Source: a phage. Taken from it: 64,000 bases of DNA. The stretch's first letter is position 1. Each line of letters starts with the position of its first letter. A program made the position numbers and the translations under genes. The notes below the pieces were generated by a model. The model had not been told where the DNA came from, searched no databases, and was given only the letters and a program-made list of their open reading frames with translations. Of the stretch, positions 20,270-30,400 are shown in pieces. The DNA lies in NCBI GenBank assembly GCA_026683435.1, contig GCA_026683435.1_4866.1. One strand, 5' to 3'.

Positions 20270-20757
20270 TATTCGTCGTCTTCGTCTTCTTCATCGGTTG
20301 CCATCATGGACTTGGCAAACTCTTTACGCAGCTTGCCTTCCAACGCTTTAGACTTCGGAGAACCGAAACCGTAAGAGATGGACGCTGCCCATTCTTTCTG
20401 AGTTGGGTTTTCAGTAACCGGGCGAGAGAACACGGTAGAGAATGCTGCGTTACCGATATCCAGCGTTAAGTCCAGTGCACCGATATCGCTATCCGCTTTC
20501 GCACGGTCAGCAATCAGACCACCGGCAATGCCACCGAACAGTTCAGTGAAGTTTGCGTCGTGCTGTCGCAGAGCGTCCGCGTCTTCCAGTGTGAAGCGAT
20601 AGTCCACATCCCCAACACGTGTTACGGGGAGTGTTTCTTCGTAAATCTTAACCAGCGGCTCAGCATTCAGCGCCAGGTCTTCGGACAGGGTTGCTGCCGG
20701 CGTGTCCAGTTCAGCGATCAGTTTGTGCAGTGCTTTCATTGAAGTTACTTCAGCCAT
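20269..20757 (-). CDS. hypothetical acidic protein (162 aa, C-terminal EEDEDDE tail)
   Basis: ORF with AAGGAA RBS. Confidence 0.55.
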   Translation of the reverse strand: MAEVTSMKALHKLIAELDTPAATLSEDLALNAEPLVKIYEETLPVTRVGDVDYRFTLEDADALRQHDANFTELFGGIAGGLIADRAKADSDIGALDLTLDIGNAAFSTVFSRPVTENPTQKEWAASISYGFGSPKSKALEGKLRKEFAKSMMATDEEDEDDE

Positions 20758-20783
20758 CTTAATATTCCTTAAGGTCGGTGTGA

Positions 20784-21455
20784 TTAATCGTGTGAAAGAC
20801 GAGCTTCGAGGTCGTCGATAATGGTATCTGTGAAATAGCTAATATCTAGCTGCTCCACGAAATCCCTGCGTTCCAGAATGCGCTCTGCGAAGAGCGTACC
20901 GTACCAACTAGGGACATTACTAATACCGTTGCGTCCGAACTTCTGTTGGACGTGACCAACGGCATGGAATTTTGCATCGCCTTTACTTTTACCCTGTTCA
21001 CGGGCAAACAGATAAGAACGGTGCATGTAATTACTCACGTCATCTACAGACGGTATACCACGGTCAGCTGCGGCAACTATCTCAGAGACAATCCCGTTGT
21101 AGTTCCCTTTGTGAGAACTGCGGTGTTCTAAGACTGCATGGGCAATCGTCAAACATTCATCATCGGTAAGTTTATACTTACGTTTGAGCACTGGCTTGTT
21201 ATCCAGTATCCAGCTATACCCTTTGATGTGGTGCGATGCACGGTCTTCTTTGGTAGAGAAGATATCGTGAGCTGCCACCGCAATCAGTACCAGCTTCAGG
21301 TGTTCGGTTTGCCCAAGCATATACGCGATACGAATCGCATTTGATTTAACTGAGTTGATGTGATCCATGCGATGCGCACTATCGGTATAACGATAGAAGT
21401 CGCGGAATTGACGAACCAGTTTTTCCCAAAGTTTGTTGAGTTCAGTGCCCTGCAT
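20784..21455 (-). CDS. HD-domain phosphohydrolase
   Basis: H...HD signature (AHRMDH, VAAHDIF); TAAGGAATATT RBS. Confidence 0.6.
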   Translation of the reverse strand: MQGTELNKLWEKLVRQFRDFYRYTDSAHRMDHINSVKSNAIRIAYMLGQTEHLKLVLIAVAAHDIFSTKEDRASHHIKGYSWILDNKPVLKRKYKLTDDECLTIAHAVLEHRSSHKGNYNGIVSEIVAAADRGIPSVDDVSNYMHRSYLFAREQGKSKGDAKFHAVGHVQQKFGRNGISNVPSWYGTLFAERILERRDFVEQLDISYFTDTIIDDLEARLSHD

Positions 21456-21473
21456 GTAAATATTCCTTACGAT

Positions 21474-21487
21474 AATGGTCGATTAAC
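21474..21487 (-). promoter_or_regulatory. conserved palindromic motif P2 (TAATGGTCGATTAA), copy 1
   Basis: Same 14-mer, one mismatch allowed, found 18-34 nt upstream of three minus-strand starts. Confidence 0.4.
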
Positions 21488-21489
21488 TA

Positions 21490-21879
21490 CTACGAGAATG
21501 TGTGATAACAACGTGTCAGTGTAACCTTCACGTTATCAGAATGGTCTTCGTTGGTATACAACACCGGCCAGATAATGTTATCAGACGAAAGCGCCTTTGA
21601 TAACCCTTCAATCAATTCCTTCATTGAGGTTCCCTTCAGCCGATGGGTCGTACGCCACCTGTGTGACGTCATACGGCTATAAACCACCATATCTGGTGTA
21701 AGGGTACTACTTTCCTCTTTAATCTCCTCTAAACGCTTCTCCTCGCTTTCTACGAAGCTTAGTAAAGCATCTGGATTTCGAACAAACTCACCGAAACGAT
21801 CGTCTCGGCGCAAGCCACAAAGAACCCACAGCGTGAATGGGTCTCTGCACGCATCTACTAACCCCTCTGCGATTTTCAT
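21490..21879 (-). CDS. hypothetical protein (129 aa)
   Basis: ORF in operon context. Confidence 0.5.
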   Translation of the reverse strand: MKIAEGLVDACRDPFTLWVLCGLRRDDRFGEFVRNPDALLSFVESEEKRLEEIKEESSTLTPDMVVYSRMTSHRWRTTHRLKGTSMKELIEGLSKALSSDNIIWPVLYTNEDHSDNVKVTLTRCYHTFS

Positions 21880-21933
21880 TTTATTCCTTCCTACACAGTC
21901 AAAGGATTTGTACGATTCGTGATTTTTGAGAGA

Positions 21934-22332
21934 TCAGATTAGCTGCTCGGCGCGCAAACGTCTCAAAGTGTTCGTTGCTGTAACAAGAACATCTTGCAGT
22001 TCTTGCATTGCTTCACCAACAAAGAACGGTTTAAGATGCAGGTCGCTAGTGATGAGTCCGCCGTATTTGTACGGTAGGTCTGTAATATCACAGACGATGG
22101 GATTTTTTGCTCGCCACGTTTCATCAGCAACAAGAATAAGAAACTTCCAGGCGTCTTGATTGCCGAGCGATTCACCGGTTTCTGGCTTGTAGAGTTCTTT
22201 TAAACGTTTATCGCGCTCGGAGATAAGGTATTCGTCATCAGTCAACAGACGAATTAAATCGGCTTCGTTGCTCTCGGCTTTAGCACAAAGCATCATGGCA
22301 ACAAACGGGTCTTGGCGTAGTTGGTTAGTCAT
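21934..22332 (-). CDS. hypothetical protein (132 aa)
   Basis: ORF; AGAAGGAG RBS. Confidence 0.5.
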   Translation of the reverse strand: MTNQLRQDPFVAMMLCAKAESNEADLIRLLTDDEYLISERDKRLKELYKPETGESLGNQDAWKFLILVADETWRAKNPIVCDITDLPYKYGGLITSDLHLKPFFVGEAMQELQDVLVTATNTLRRLRAEQLI

Positions 22333-22352
22333 TGTAAATACTCCTTCTGGGT

Positions 22353-22366
22353 AATAGTCGATTAAA
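22353..22366 (-). promoter_or_regulatory. motif P2 (TAATAGTCGATTAA), copy 2
   Basis: 21-34 nt upstream of the start at 22332. Confidence 0.4.
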
Positions 22367-22388
22367 GCGTTAACGTGTAACGCTCACC

Positions 22389-22417
22389 TAAGTAATATAT
22401 ATCTCAGTTCTTTTTGA
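22389..22417 (-). promoter_or_regulatory. motif P1 (TAAGTAATATATATCTCAG TTCTTTTTGA), copy 2
   Basis: Near-identical to the copies at 181, 54049 and 63167. Confidence 0.4.
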
Positions 22418-22478
22418 ATGCAATTAATAAAATAAAAAGACTCACCCGTATCCGAAGATAGGATGAGCCTAGTGGAGC

Positions 22479-23027
22479 TTAGACTTGCAGTAGTGTCCCC
22501 GAGTGAGTAATCGGGTCATTGTAGAACGCTTCACACTGGAGGCAAATGCCATCAATGTTCGGTTCTTCAGTTCGCGACCATATTGCCGCGCCACCTTGCA
22601 AAATCCATTCTCGACAGTTACGACCATAATCGTCGACAAGCAAATTACCTCGCGAGGCGTAAGCTTTCTTCTGCCCTGAACTTTCGGTGACGATGACTTT
22701 GTCAGCTGGTACCCCAAAGTGCTTCATGAACCACCGTTGTTTTGAATCCACGACCAATTGGTGGTCGTAGTGATCTTCTGACCCAGAGGTGAGTATTGCC
22801 CAACTGTCGCAAAGTCTATCTACCGTTTCCAGGATTCGCTCTACACCCTCAATTGGTTCGAGTTTGTAAAACAAGTCAGGATCGTTCTGATACATCGAAC
22901 GAACCAAACTACGACGGCGGAGTTCAGGTAATGCGTTAAACTCTTTAATCGTCATTCCGGGAAAATGTGTGGATAAAACGTATTTACGCCAGCGTGCAAA
23001 AACGCCATCGCTATCCAGATAAAACAT
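22479..23027 (-). CDS. HAD-superfamily hydrolase, 5-prime(3-prime)-deoxyribonucleotidase-like
   Basis: N-terminal FYLDSDGVF (HAD motif I, DxDG) and C-terminal LLVDD; AAGGA RBS before ATG at 23027. Confidence 0.5.
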   Translation of the reverse strand: MFYLDSDGVFARWRKYVLSTHFPGMTIKEFNALPELRRRSLVRSMYQNDPDLFYKLEPIEGVERILETVDRLCDSWAILTSGSEDHYDHQLVVDSKQRWFMKHFGVPADKVIVTESSGQKKAYASRGNLLVDDYGRNCREWILQGGAAIWSRTEEPNIDGICLQCEAFYNDPITHSGTLLQV

Positions 23028-23080
23028 TTTCTTGTCCTTATTTTGTTCCCCAACACATGAAACCAACCTCATGTAAAAAA

Positions 23081-23425
23081 TTACATCTGCTTTATTGCCA
23101 TATTCGAACGATACGGCTCAGTGAGTAGAAAGTAAGTACGGCGATAGTCGATTGTCACTCCGGCCTCTTTAATGTCGCAATAGAGCGCCATGATATCTAG
23201 CGACGCGATTCCGGAGATAATGTTATTAACCTTGCGTTTTGTATCAAATCGTTCCGATAAGATTTCGGCAAGCACTTCCTTACCAGCCTTTCCTTGGATG
23301 GCGTAGATCGCTAACGCTTTCAGTTCTTCCGGCGTCAAACAACGAAGGGTCGGAGGTATTGCGATGTTAACGACCTTCATGCGTCCCCCTACTGTAGTGG
23401 TTTTTAGTTGTGATTTGCAGACCAC
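23081..23425 (-). CDS. hypothetical protein (114 aa)
   Basis: ORF. Confidence 0.45.
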   Translation of the reverse strand: MVCKSQLKTTTVGGRMKVVNIAIPPTLRCLTPEELKALAIYAIQGKAGKEVLAEILSERFDTKRKVNNIISGIASLDIMALYCDIKEAGVTIDYRRTYFLLTEPYRSNMAIKQM

Positions 23426-23435
23426 GAACTAGGCA

Positions 23436-24065
23436 CTACGGTGAAACGACGTATTCGTTCAGTGCGTTATCAAAAGCAGTACGCGCAGTGGCGACCGCCT
23501 CCGAGACCTTAACTTCACCGCGCTCCCAGTTGACGCTGATAATCAGCCGATAAAACTCGCCGGCTTTCAGCAGTTGACTGGTAGACAGGCGCACATCTTG
23601 TCCGAAACTTAAGTGATAGACAAAAACATGACCACCGTTGCGAAGTTCTGACAACCGCATCTCGCCCAGGTAAATCGGTTTGATATCCCAGTTCGACATG
23701 CGGTGTGGTACAATCCATACTTCACCCGCCCGATTCGGTTCCTGTGTCAGGTTGACCGAAGGCTGCGCTACATCACGTTCATCAAAACCGTAAAGATACA
23801 ATCGTGTGGGTATTTCGATTGCAGAGAAGTTGTGACGTGCACCCTTAATCGCTCGCTCTAAATCTACCGAGCAGCAAATCCTGGGCACGGTCTTGTCTTC
23901 ATCCGGCGCGCACGAAAGTGGGATACGCGGCGAAAACGTCGGTATCTTACACTTGCTTAAATGCAGCGGCTGTTCAGTCAGTTTACGTAACGTCAACTTT
24001 TTGGCGACGTGCGGCATCTGGCGTTCACACCACCGCTCTAATGACGGGTCGACATGTTCTGCCAT
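23436..24065 (-). CDS. hypothetical protein (209 aa)
   Basis: ORF. Confidence 0.5.
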   Translation of the reverse strand: MAEHVDPSLERWCERQMPHVAKKLTLRKLTEQPLHLSKCKIPTFSPRIPLSCAPDEDKTVPRICCSVDLERAIKGARHNFSAIEIPTRLYLYGFDERDVAQPSVNLTQEPNRAGEVWIVPHRMSNWDIKPIYLGEMRLSELRNGGHVFVYHLSFGQDVRLSTSQLLKAGEFYRLIISVNWERGEVKVSEAVATARTAFDNALNEYVVSP

Positions 24066-24069
24066 TTTT

Positions 24070-24873
24070 TTACCAGCTCCTTACACCCATGCCCATTACC
24101 CGCAGATTGGACACTTTCGGAGCCAGCTGCAGGTATTCCTGCGCGAGTTGCTGGAGAGCACCACGACGGGACTCAGTGGCAACAGCGCTGGTCGTTGTCG
24201 GATTGTACAGAATGTCTTCCAACACTTGACGACTGATAGGGCGGTCGACGTAAGTGCGAGTAGATTCCTGTGCCACTTTACTACCGCGTTGAATCGCAGA
24301 GTATTTGTTACAGATTTGCAGGCCATCTTCAATAACCCAGTCAAAGGTGACCAGTTTATCGATGCGGCGTACGATAGTCGTACCCAGACGACCTTCACGA
24401 ACGATAGCACGCAGTGAGAAACACACGTTCTGATGTGGGTTCTCTAGTGCTTCCGCCAGAAGCGGACCACGTTCACGGTTAGGTTTAATCCAACCCCAAA
24501 TTTCCATCACCGGCAGACCGTTACACATCTGGTCGGTCGGCTTCACTTCTACTTCGCGAATGTGCATACACACGTTACGCGTTTCGATCCATTCGTTACG
24601 TTCGATCCACTGGGCTTCGCTCATGCCTTGTTCGTATTGCGGATGGTCTTCTTCACCGAAGAGATTCCCCGCCAAAACTTTACGCATGAAAACGTTAGAG
24701 CGCTCGAAGACATGTTTTGACTCGTTATAGGCGTAGTAAATATTCTCAGAGTTGAAAATATTCAGTGCACCTAACAGGACGTAGTAATACCCGTCCGCAT
24801 CTTTCTTTAGCGTTGCCCCTTTATTGACCCCAGCGAGTGCCACGCAGTTATAACGTAGTGACAAGTTTTCCAT
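24070..24873 (-). CDS. hypothetical protein (267 aa)
   Basis: ORF. Confidence 0.55.
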   Translation of the reverse strand: MENLSLRYNCVALAGVNKGATLKKDADGYYYVLLGALNIFNSENIYYAYNESKHVFERSNVFMRKVLAGNLFGEEDHPQYEQGMSEAQWIERNEWIETRNVCMHIREVEVKPTDQMCNGLPVMEIWGWIKPNRERGPLLAEALENPHQNVCFSLRAIVREGRLGTTIVRRIDKLVTFDWVIEDGLQICNKYSAIQRGSKVAQESTRTYVDRPISRQVLEDILYNPTTTSAVATESRRGALQQLAQEYLQLAPKVSNLRVMGMGVRSW

Positions 24874-24935
24874 TGGTTTCCCCAGTTGTTATTACCGAAG
24901 CGGGTTATTGGGGACGTACAATAACCCTACCTCAG

Positions 24936-25664
24936 TTACCTCATATACAAATCCTCGAGTGGCTCTGCACGTACCGGATCGACCTGGAGTGCAGAACGGA
25001 TACCCTGTTTCAGTTCCACATCTGCAATCTTGGCCAACCGGGAAGTTTTGTTCAATGAACCTGAACGCAGCGGAATAAACTGCACCCGATTCATCAAATC
25101 GCTGTCTTTTTTCAGGGTGTAGCGGAAATACGTCCGCGGGTCGCCAACCTTACGCTGTGTGTGGGCAGCATAACAGTCAGCGGTGATCTGGTCGTTAAAG
25201 ACCGTAAAGCCGTTCCACGTCTTAGTGTCAGACAATAGCTCAGCGTCATCTACTGCGGTGTACCAGAAAGGCCGGTTTCCGAAGTCGTAGATGTACGAAG
25301 CGATGTTGTAGACTGGCGAGGAGAGCACTTGCAGCATTCGGTTGGGGAACACCACCGTGCCGGGGTCAAAACGGAACTCGTAATACGGCACACCCTGAAC
25401 GTCAATTTCCTCAAACGCCGACGGGGTAATTTCAATGAACGTCGTGACGTTCGATACCCCGTAGGTTTTGCGGTCAGTGGAGATAGCGAAAATGCCGACG
25501 ATTTCGACTTGCGAAGAAATTACCGCCAGCTCTTTAGCCACGAAGCCAACAGGGATGTAAATGTAACATCCCCCTTTGGTGATGGTGGCCGTGCCTTGGT
25601 CCACTAAATCTGCATGAATTTTCGTCGCGTCACGACGTGCTGTTTCAATGGCGCTCACGACCAC
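24936..25664 (-). CDS. hypothetical protein (242 aa)
   Basis: ORF. Confidence 0.55.
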   Translation of the reverse strand: MVVSAIETARRDATKIHADLVDQGTATITKGGCYIYIPVGFVAKELAVISSQVEIVGIFAISTDRKTYGVSNVTTFIEITPSAFEEIDVQGVPYYEFRFDPGTVVFPNRMLQVLSSPVYNIASYIYDFGNRPFWYTAVDDAELLSDTKTWNGFTVFNDQITADCYAAHTQRKVGDPRTYFRYTLKKDSDLMNRVQFIPLRSGSLNKTSRLAKIADVELKQGIRSALQVDPVRAEPLEDLYMR

Positions 25665-25673
25665 CTCTCTTTA

Positions 25674-27149
25674 TTAAACTTTGCTCGGTACAGAAATAAC
25701 CACACCGCCACAAATCCAATCCAGAACGTAGTTAATCATCCAGTCGGTTGCTACTTCGTCAGGTTGACGGTTAGCAATCATACCACGATGAATATCCAGC
25801 ATCAGCTTGGACAGTTCGTATTCGCCGAAGACCTCAGTCGCGGAGACTTTGATAACGAACTCTGTGATGTCGGTGGTGTCGGTTGTGAAGAACGAATCGA
25901 TGAAGCTTGCCGTTGATTTCTTAACGAACTCCGGCGTTGCTACCTGACCGTCCTGTCCACGCCAGAACAGCTCAGGATCGGTCGCATCGATAGCCACGTT
26001 AAACGCTTGTTTCAGTGACTGGCGATTGCGCGTTACCCAACTGTTGTCGAGCTTAGCACGCTGAATCGCAGAACGGTGCCCCCAGGCAGCGATGTAGTCT
26101 TTCTGTTTTTCCAACAGTGAAGCTACACGCGTGGAGACATTGGTGTCACCTTCGTCCAGCTGGTAGATAGCGCCCAGTAACGCTTCAACGCTACCGCCTT
26201 TTTCCAGATAGTCGTCCATCACTTCCTGACAGATATACACTTTCTTCTCAACGTTGTCGTATCCGAAGACAATGTTACCGGTCTTGATGCGGGTAACGAT
26301 GTTCTGGGTGTAGGCGTAAACCCAACCGATATAGCTGTAATGCAATGGCAGCATCTGTGCTTTCCACTGCCCGCTATTCAGACCAGAGTCTTTCCACGGC
26401 ATTTCCAGGTAGTAGCCAGAAAGCAGCATAAACAGAATGTTGCGTTTCAGGTTGTGTGGTGCCTGGTCGCTTACCGGAGAGAGCATGTTCCCTTCGAGCA
26501 TGTTGCGAACGGCTTCGTTGATATTCCAACCCAGCGCATTCAACAGTTCTTTAACCAGATCGTCGTATGCTTTGCTGCCGGTTTCTGGCAGTTCGATATC
26601 GGCAGGGACGTTGGCTTTAACTGCAGGGTGCGTAGTACCATTGCCCAGCGGGTTTTCTACCGAATCAATTAACGCCTGTACCACCGGGGAGTTCAACGCC
26701 GGGTCCATACCTGCAGGCACAAGTGCCCATTCTTCGCTAACTGCCTGGTTTTCAATACCCTGGTTGTTTTGGATAACCAGTTGAACAAACGGCTGAATAA
26801 CGTTACGGGCAAAGTCAAGCATACCCTGACAACGCTGGATCGCCATACGTTTCAGTTCGAACAGTGTCGGTTCGTGGTCTTCGACGTTCAGCGTTTCTGG
26901 ACCCGCTGCCGTGTCCGCGATTACAGACGCTTCGCCTGTACCGGCCTGCGGCGTTTTCAGTGCAGTGATATCCGGCAGAGACTGGAAGAACTCTTCGTCA
27001 GTTATCTGTGTATCGAAAACGCTCTGCTGCGTAGTCGCTTTTGTCAGTAGACCAACAGGACTGTCAACGTCAGCTTCCAAACGAACCTGGTGTTGTTTCG
27101 CCAGTTTCATTGCGTTGGTGACAGCATTAAGTGAATATAAGTTGATCAT
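25674..27149 (-). CDS. hypothetical protein (491 aa)
   Basis: Long ORF. Confidence 0.6.
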   Translation of the reverse strand: MINLYSLNAVTNAMKLAKQHQVRLEADVDSPVGLLTKATTQQSVFDTQITDEEFFQSLPDITALKTPQAGTGEASVIADTAAGPETLNVEDHEPTLFELKRMAIQRCQGMLDFARNVIQPFVQLVIQNNQGIENQAVSEEWALVPAGMDPALNSPVVQALIDSVENPLGNGTTHPAVKANVPADIELPETGSKAYDDLVKELLNALGWNINEAVRNMLEGNMLSPVSDQAPHNLKRNILFMLLSGYYLEMPWKDSGLNSGQWKAQMLPLHYSYIGWVYAYTQNIVTRIKTGNIVFGYDNVEKKVYICQEVMDDYLEKGGSVEALLGAIYQLDEGDTNVSTRVASLLEKQKDYIAAWGHRSAIQRAKLDNSWVTRNRQSLKQAFNVAIDATDPELFWRGQDGQVATPEFVKKSTASFIDSFFTTDTTDITEFVIKVSATEVFGEYELSKLMLDIHRGMIANRQPDEVATDWMINYVLDWICGGVVISVPSKV

Positions 27150-27439
27150 GCCTGACCCCCGTTTTTGGTGCTGATGGAATCCTGGATGCGGCCAGTAATA
27201 CGCGCACCCACCATATCAGCGATGTCTCGTTTCAGCAAACGCTGATCGCCCATGCGGTCAGACAGGCCATTGCTGCCCTTCAGCAGTCCGTGAATAATTT
27301 CGGTGGCCAATTCAACCGCATTGCCCAGAACAACAAAGTTCATGCGTTGCTGTGGGGAATAACCTTCCGTTTCCGGATTCGTGCTATTACGGCCCACCGG
27401 AATCCCATGCTGCTGCTTGAGCGTATCTAAAATTCCCAT
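27146..27439 (-). CDS. hypothetical protein (97 aa)
   Basis: ORF; stop overlaps downstream start (ATGA). Confidence 0.45.
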   Translation of the reverse strand: MGILDTLKQQHGIPVGRNSTNPETEGYSPQQRMNFVVLGNAVELATEIIHGLLKGSNGLSDRMGDQRLLKRDIADMVGARITGRIQDSISTKNGGQA

Positions 27440-27463
27440 TATTAACTCCGGAGTTTATTTACC

Positions 27464-27482
27464 GGGCGGGAGCGACCCGCCC
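27464..27482 (-). terminator. hairpin gggcggg-agcga-cccgccc downstream of the RNAP beta-like gene
   Basis: 7-bp GC stem just past the stop at 27487; weakly T-rich tail. Confidence 0.35.
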
Positions 27483-27486
27483 TACA

Positions 27487-30400
27487 TTAGTTGATTTTAG
27501 CCGGCAAGGCTGGGACGTCTTCACCATCTAAGATGCGTCCGATATTCTCCCCACCACGATACCCGACAGCGTTGGTGGTTCCGATGCGCATGATAGAACC
27601 TACGATACGTGCGTCGACGGAATCACGACCAAAGATAATGTCGAGTTCCTGCCCGTCTTCCGTTTTGTTGGTTCCATACATCACTTCCTGAACCGTCGTT
27701 TTCAGCTGGTTAGCAATAACCATCTTATCCGCTGCTGCCATCTCTACCCGGTGTGTGATGTAGAATCGGACACACAGGCTATTGTACGCTAACGGCACCC
27801 CCTCAACACGAAAATCACCGTTGACTCGACCGTCCTTCGGCACGTCACGTTTGAGAGCCAGCGCAGTCTTCCGACGTATACGGTCGTATTTACGAACCAT
27901 CTCCGCCAAAGACGGGGTCATATCTTCCACCTCGCCGTGGTAAACCACTTCGATTTTGTCGATAAACCCACGAACACCAGAGCGTGGTGCAAAGGAGCTT
28001 AACTCACGCAGCGTTTCCGCTGCTTCTTTACTGAACCCGCTCATATCGCCGGTCAGGTTGTCGGTGAAGGTGCATAGAATTGAATCCACGTCTACGTGGT
28101 CCCCTTCTTTTACCATCTCCAACAGGTTCTGGGTAAACGTCATTGTGACTTCTTTGAGTTTGGTAACATCGGCTTCAGCCTTAGCAGCGAACCGCTCACT
28201 AATGGCGTTGGAGTCCTCAATTACTTCTTCCCCTTCAATCAAAGCGACAGTTGCCAGTATCCCGTTTTTAAAACTGACCTGCGTTGGATCGTAGATGTCT
28301 GGTTCAAAGTGTTGTTCGTTGTACGTGATAACGGCACCGGCGGGGAGTTTATCTCCGCGCTTCCATTTCGTTACCAGGGTGTGTGGGTAGTAAGTCCCTT
28401 CGTGCGGACCGAACCAACGGCCCAGTGGGAAAGCTTCTTCCTCTCCGTCGTCGTATTTGATTTTAACGTGGTCGTTAAGAACCTCCACAATCTTGCCTGG
28501 TTTATCGATTACGCGTGCGTGCTTCACAGAAGTACGGTGTGCCACGAACTTTTCTTGCTCGGTACGATACGGTGTGGTGGTTGCGCCAACACAACTGGTC
28601 GCAGAACCGAATTGAATCCCAACGAAGTTCTGACGCTTAGCATCGTCCATCAGGGTATCCGGCACCAAGCCATCAATAAATGACAGTGCCTCACCTGGCT
28701 TCAGTTTATCGAGGTCCTTTTTAAAGGTCGTGCCGTCCACGGTGTCGTAACGCGGATTGTTTGTTGCAAAGGCGGTGATACCTACGTCGCCGTTATCGAC
28801 CGTGTTACCGGAGATAATCCCCAGGTCGCTCGGTTGGAATTCACGGGTACTGTATACCATGGTTTTGCGGTTACGACCGCCTGTACCGCCCATGGTAACA
28901 ACATCTTTTTCTTTGATGTTCTGTACCGGGTTTGCGCCAGGTGCCAGCAGAACAGACGGGTCGGAGTTAATTGCACCCCACACCATGTCCTGCGTCAACT
29001 CAAACTTACGATTCGAGTTAGGCGCGTTGTTGTAGTTACGCATCGCCCGCACCATCGCGGTGTAGATGTGATACGAAATACGTTGGTTCCCGATGAACAT
29101 CATTTCGTCACCGTTAATTTCCGGTAACGTGTGGTCCGTCTGCAGCAGTTCGTTAGAACGCTCCAGTAAGCCGATAAAGGTTTCCGGCTCGCCCATTTTC
29201 CTGAGGATACGCGCGTGCATGTCATCAACAAATGCGGTCCGCATCAGTTTCAGCTCTTTGATGTAGCGTGGTGTTAGCCCATCTGCATCGCGTAACAGGT
29301 TCAGATAAATGTCTTCCCGGTCAACTTCCGACTCGGTATACGTGGTAAAGTGTTTGATGTAACGGTCTAAGCCGTTGACAATCATCCTCTGTTGATCGTT
29401 CTCGCAGACAATTGCAATTTTCGCATCCTGGAGACGAATAATGGAGTCGAACTGACCTTTATCGATACGTTGTCCGACAGAGAGAACCTCGTAACTGATA
29501 CCAAAGTGTTTCAACATCCCGGTTAACCCGAGATAGTACGAAAACACAAAGCCCAGCGAGATTGATTTGCCCATCAGTGACAGTTCGGTCATTTCTCGTG
29601 GAGCCTTAGAGGTGTCCACGCCAAAGACTTCGGCGAGCGTACCCAGTGGTTCGGTCTTATCCTTATCCACTCGATAGAGCTGGGAGTTTTTATCCATACC
29701 GACGATGACATGACTCCGCGGTTTCTTCGCCACAGGTACCAGCTCGACACGGTCCGCGTCTGCCAGTTGCCCTTCGTTAAAGAATGCCGCTTTCTGTTTA
29801 ATGTCAAAGTTCCATTGGTACCCAATTGCGTTGAACGCTGCTACACGACGTGCCACCTCGGTGTACTGACGCGGCAGTTTAGACAGCGGATCGAACACAT
29901 TCGCCAGTTTTGCATCAGTGATTTCGGTGTTCTTTGGATCGACTGCACGAGTAATAATCGCGTTAGTGAGCCAACGTCCGTAATCATTGACGACTTTATC
30001 ACTGCGACGGACAAAGTTCTTCCCGTAGGCAGTGGTTAACGCTACAGTATCGTGGGACACTTTACGGATAGGAACATCAACGCGCTGACGACGCATTGTA
30101 TATTCCACACCATTCGCAACCCAAGTACCGTCTTCGGTTAATGCAGGAATTGAGAAACGTACCGTGGTTGGTTCTCCGCCAATCGGCTGAATACGCAACG
30201 TGTGGTGTTCGATATTCCCGGTAACGGAAATCTCTTTCTCAACAGTGTGATTGTGAATCGCCAAACCGAGACGCTGAGATGACGCCACTGCACCCAGAAC
30301 ATCTTTCGGGAAGATTTCCTGGTTGTACTGACGAATGATTTGGTCGGTAGTATTTTCCGCCCAGGCTTCATCCGTAACTAAGCGTTCAATCTTCTTAGGC

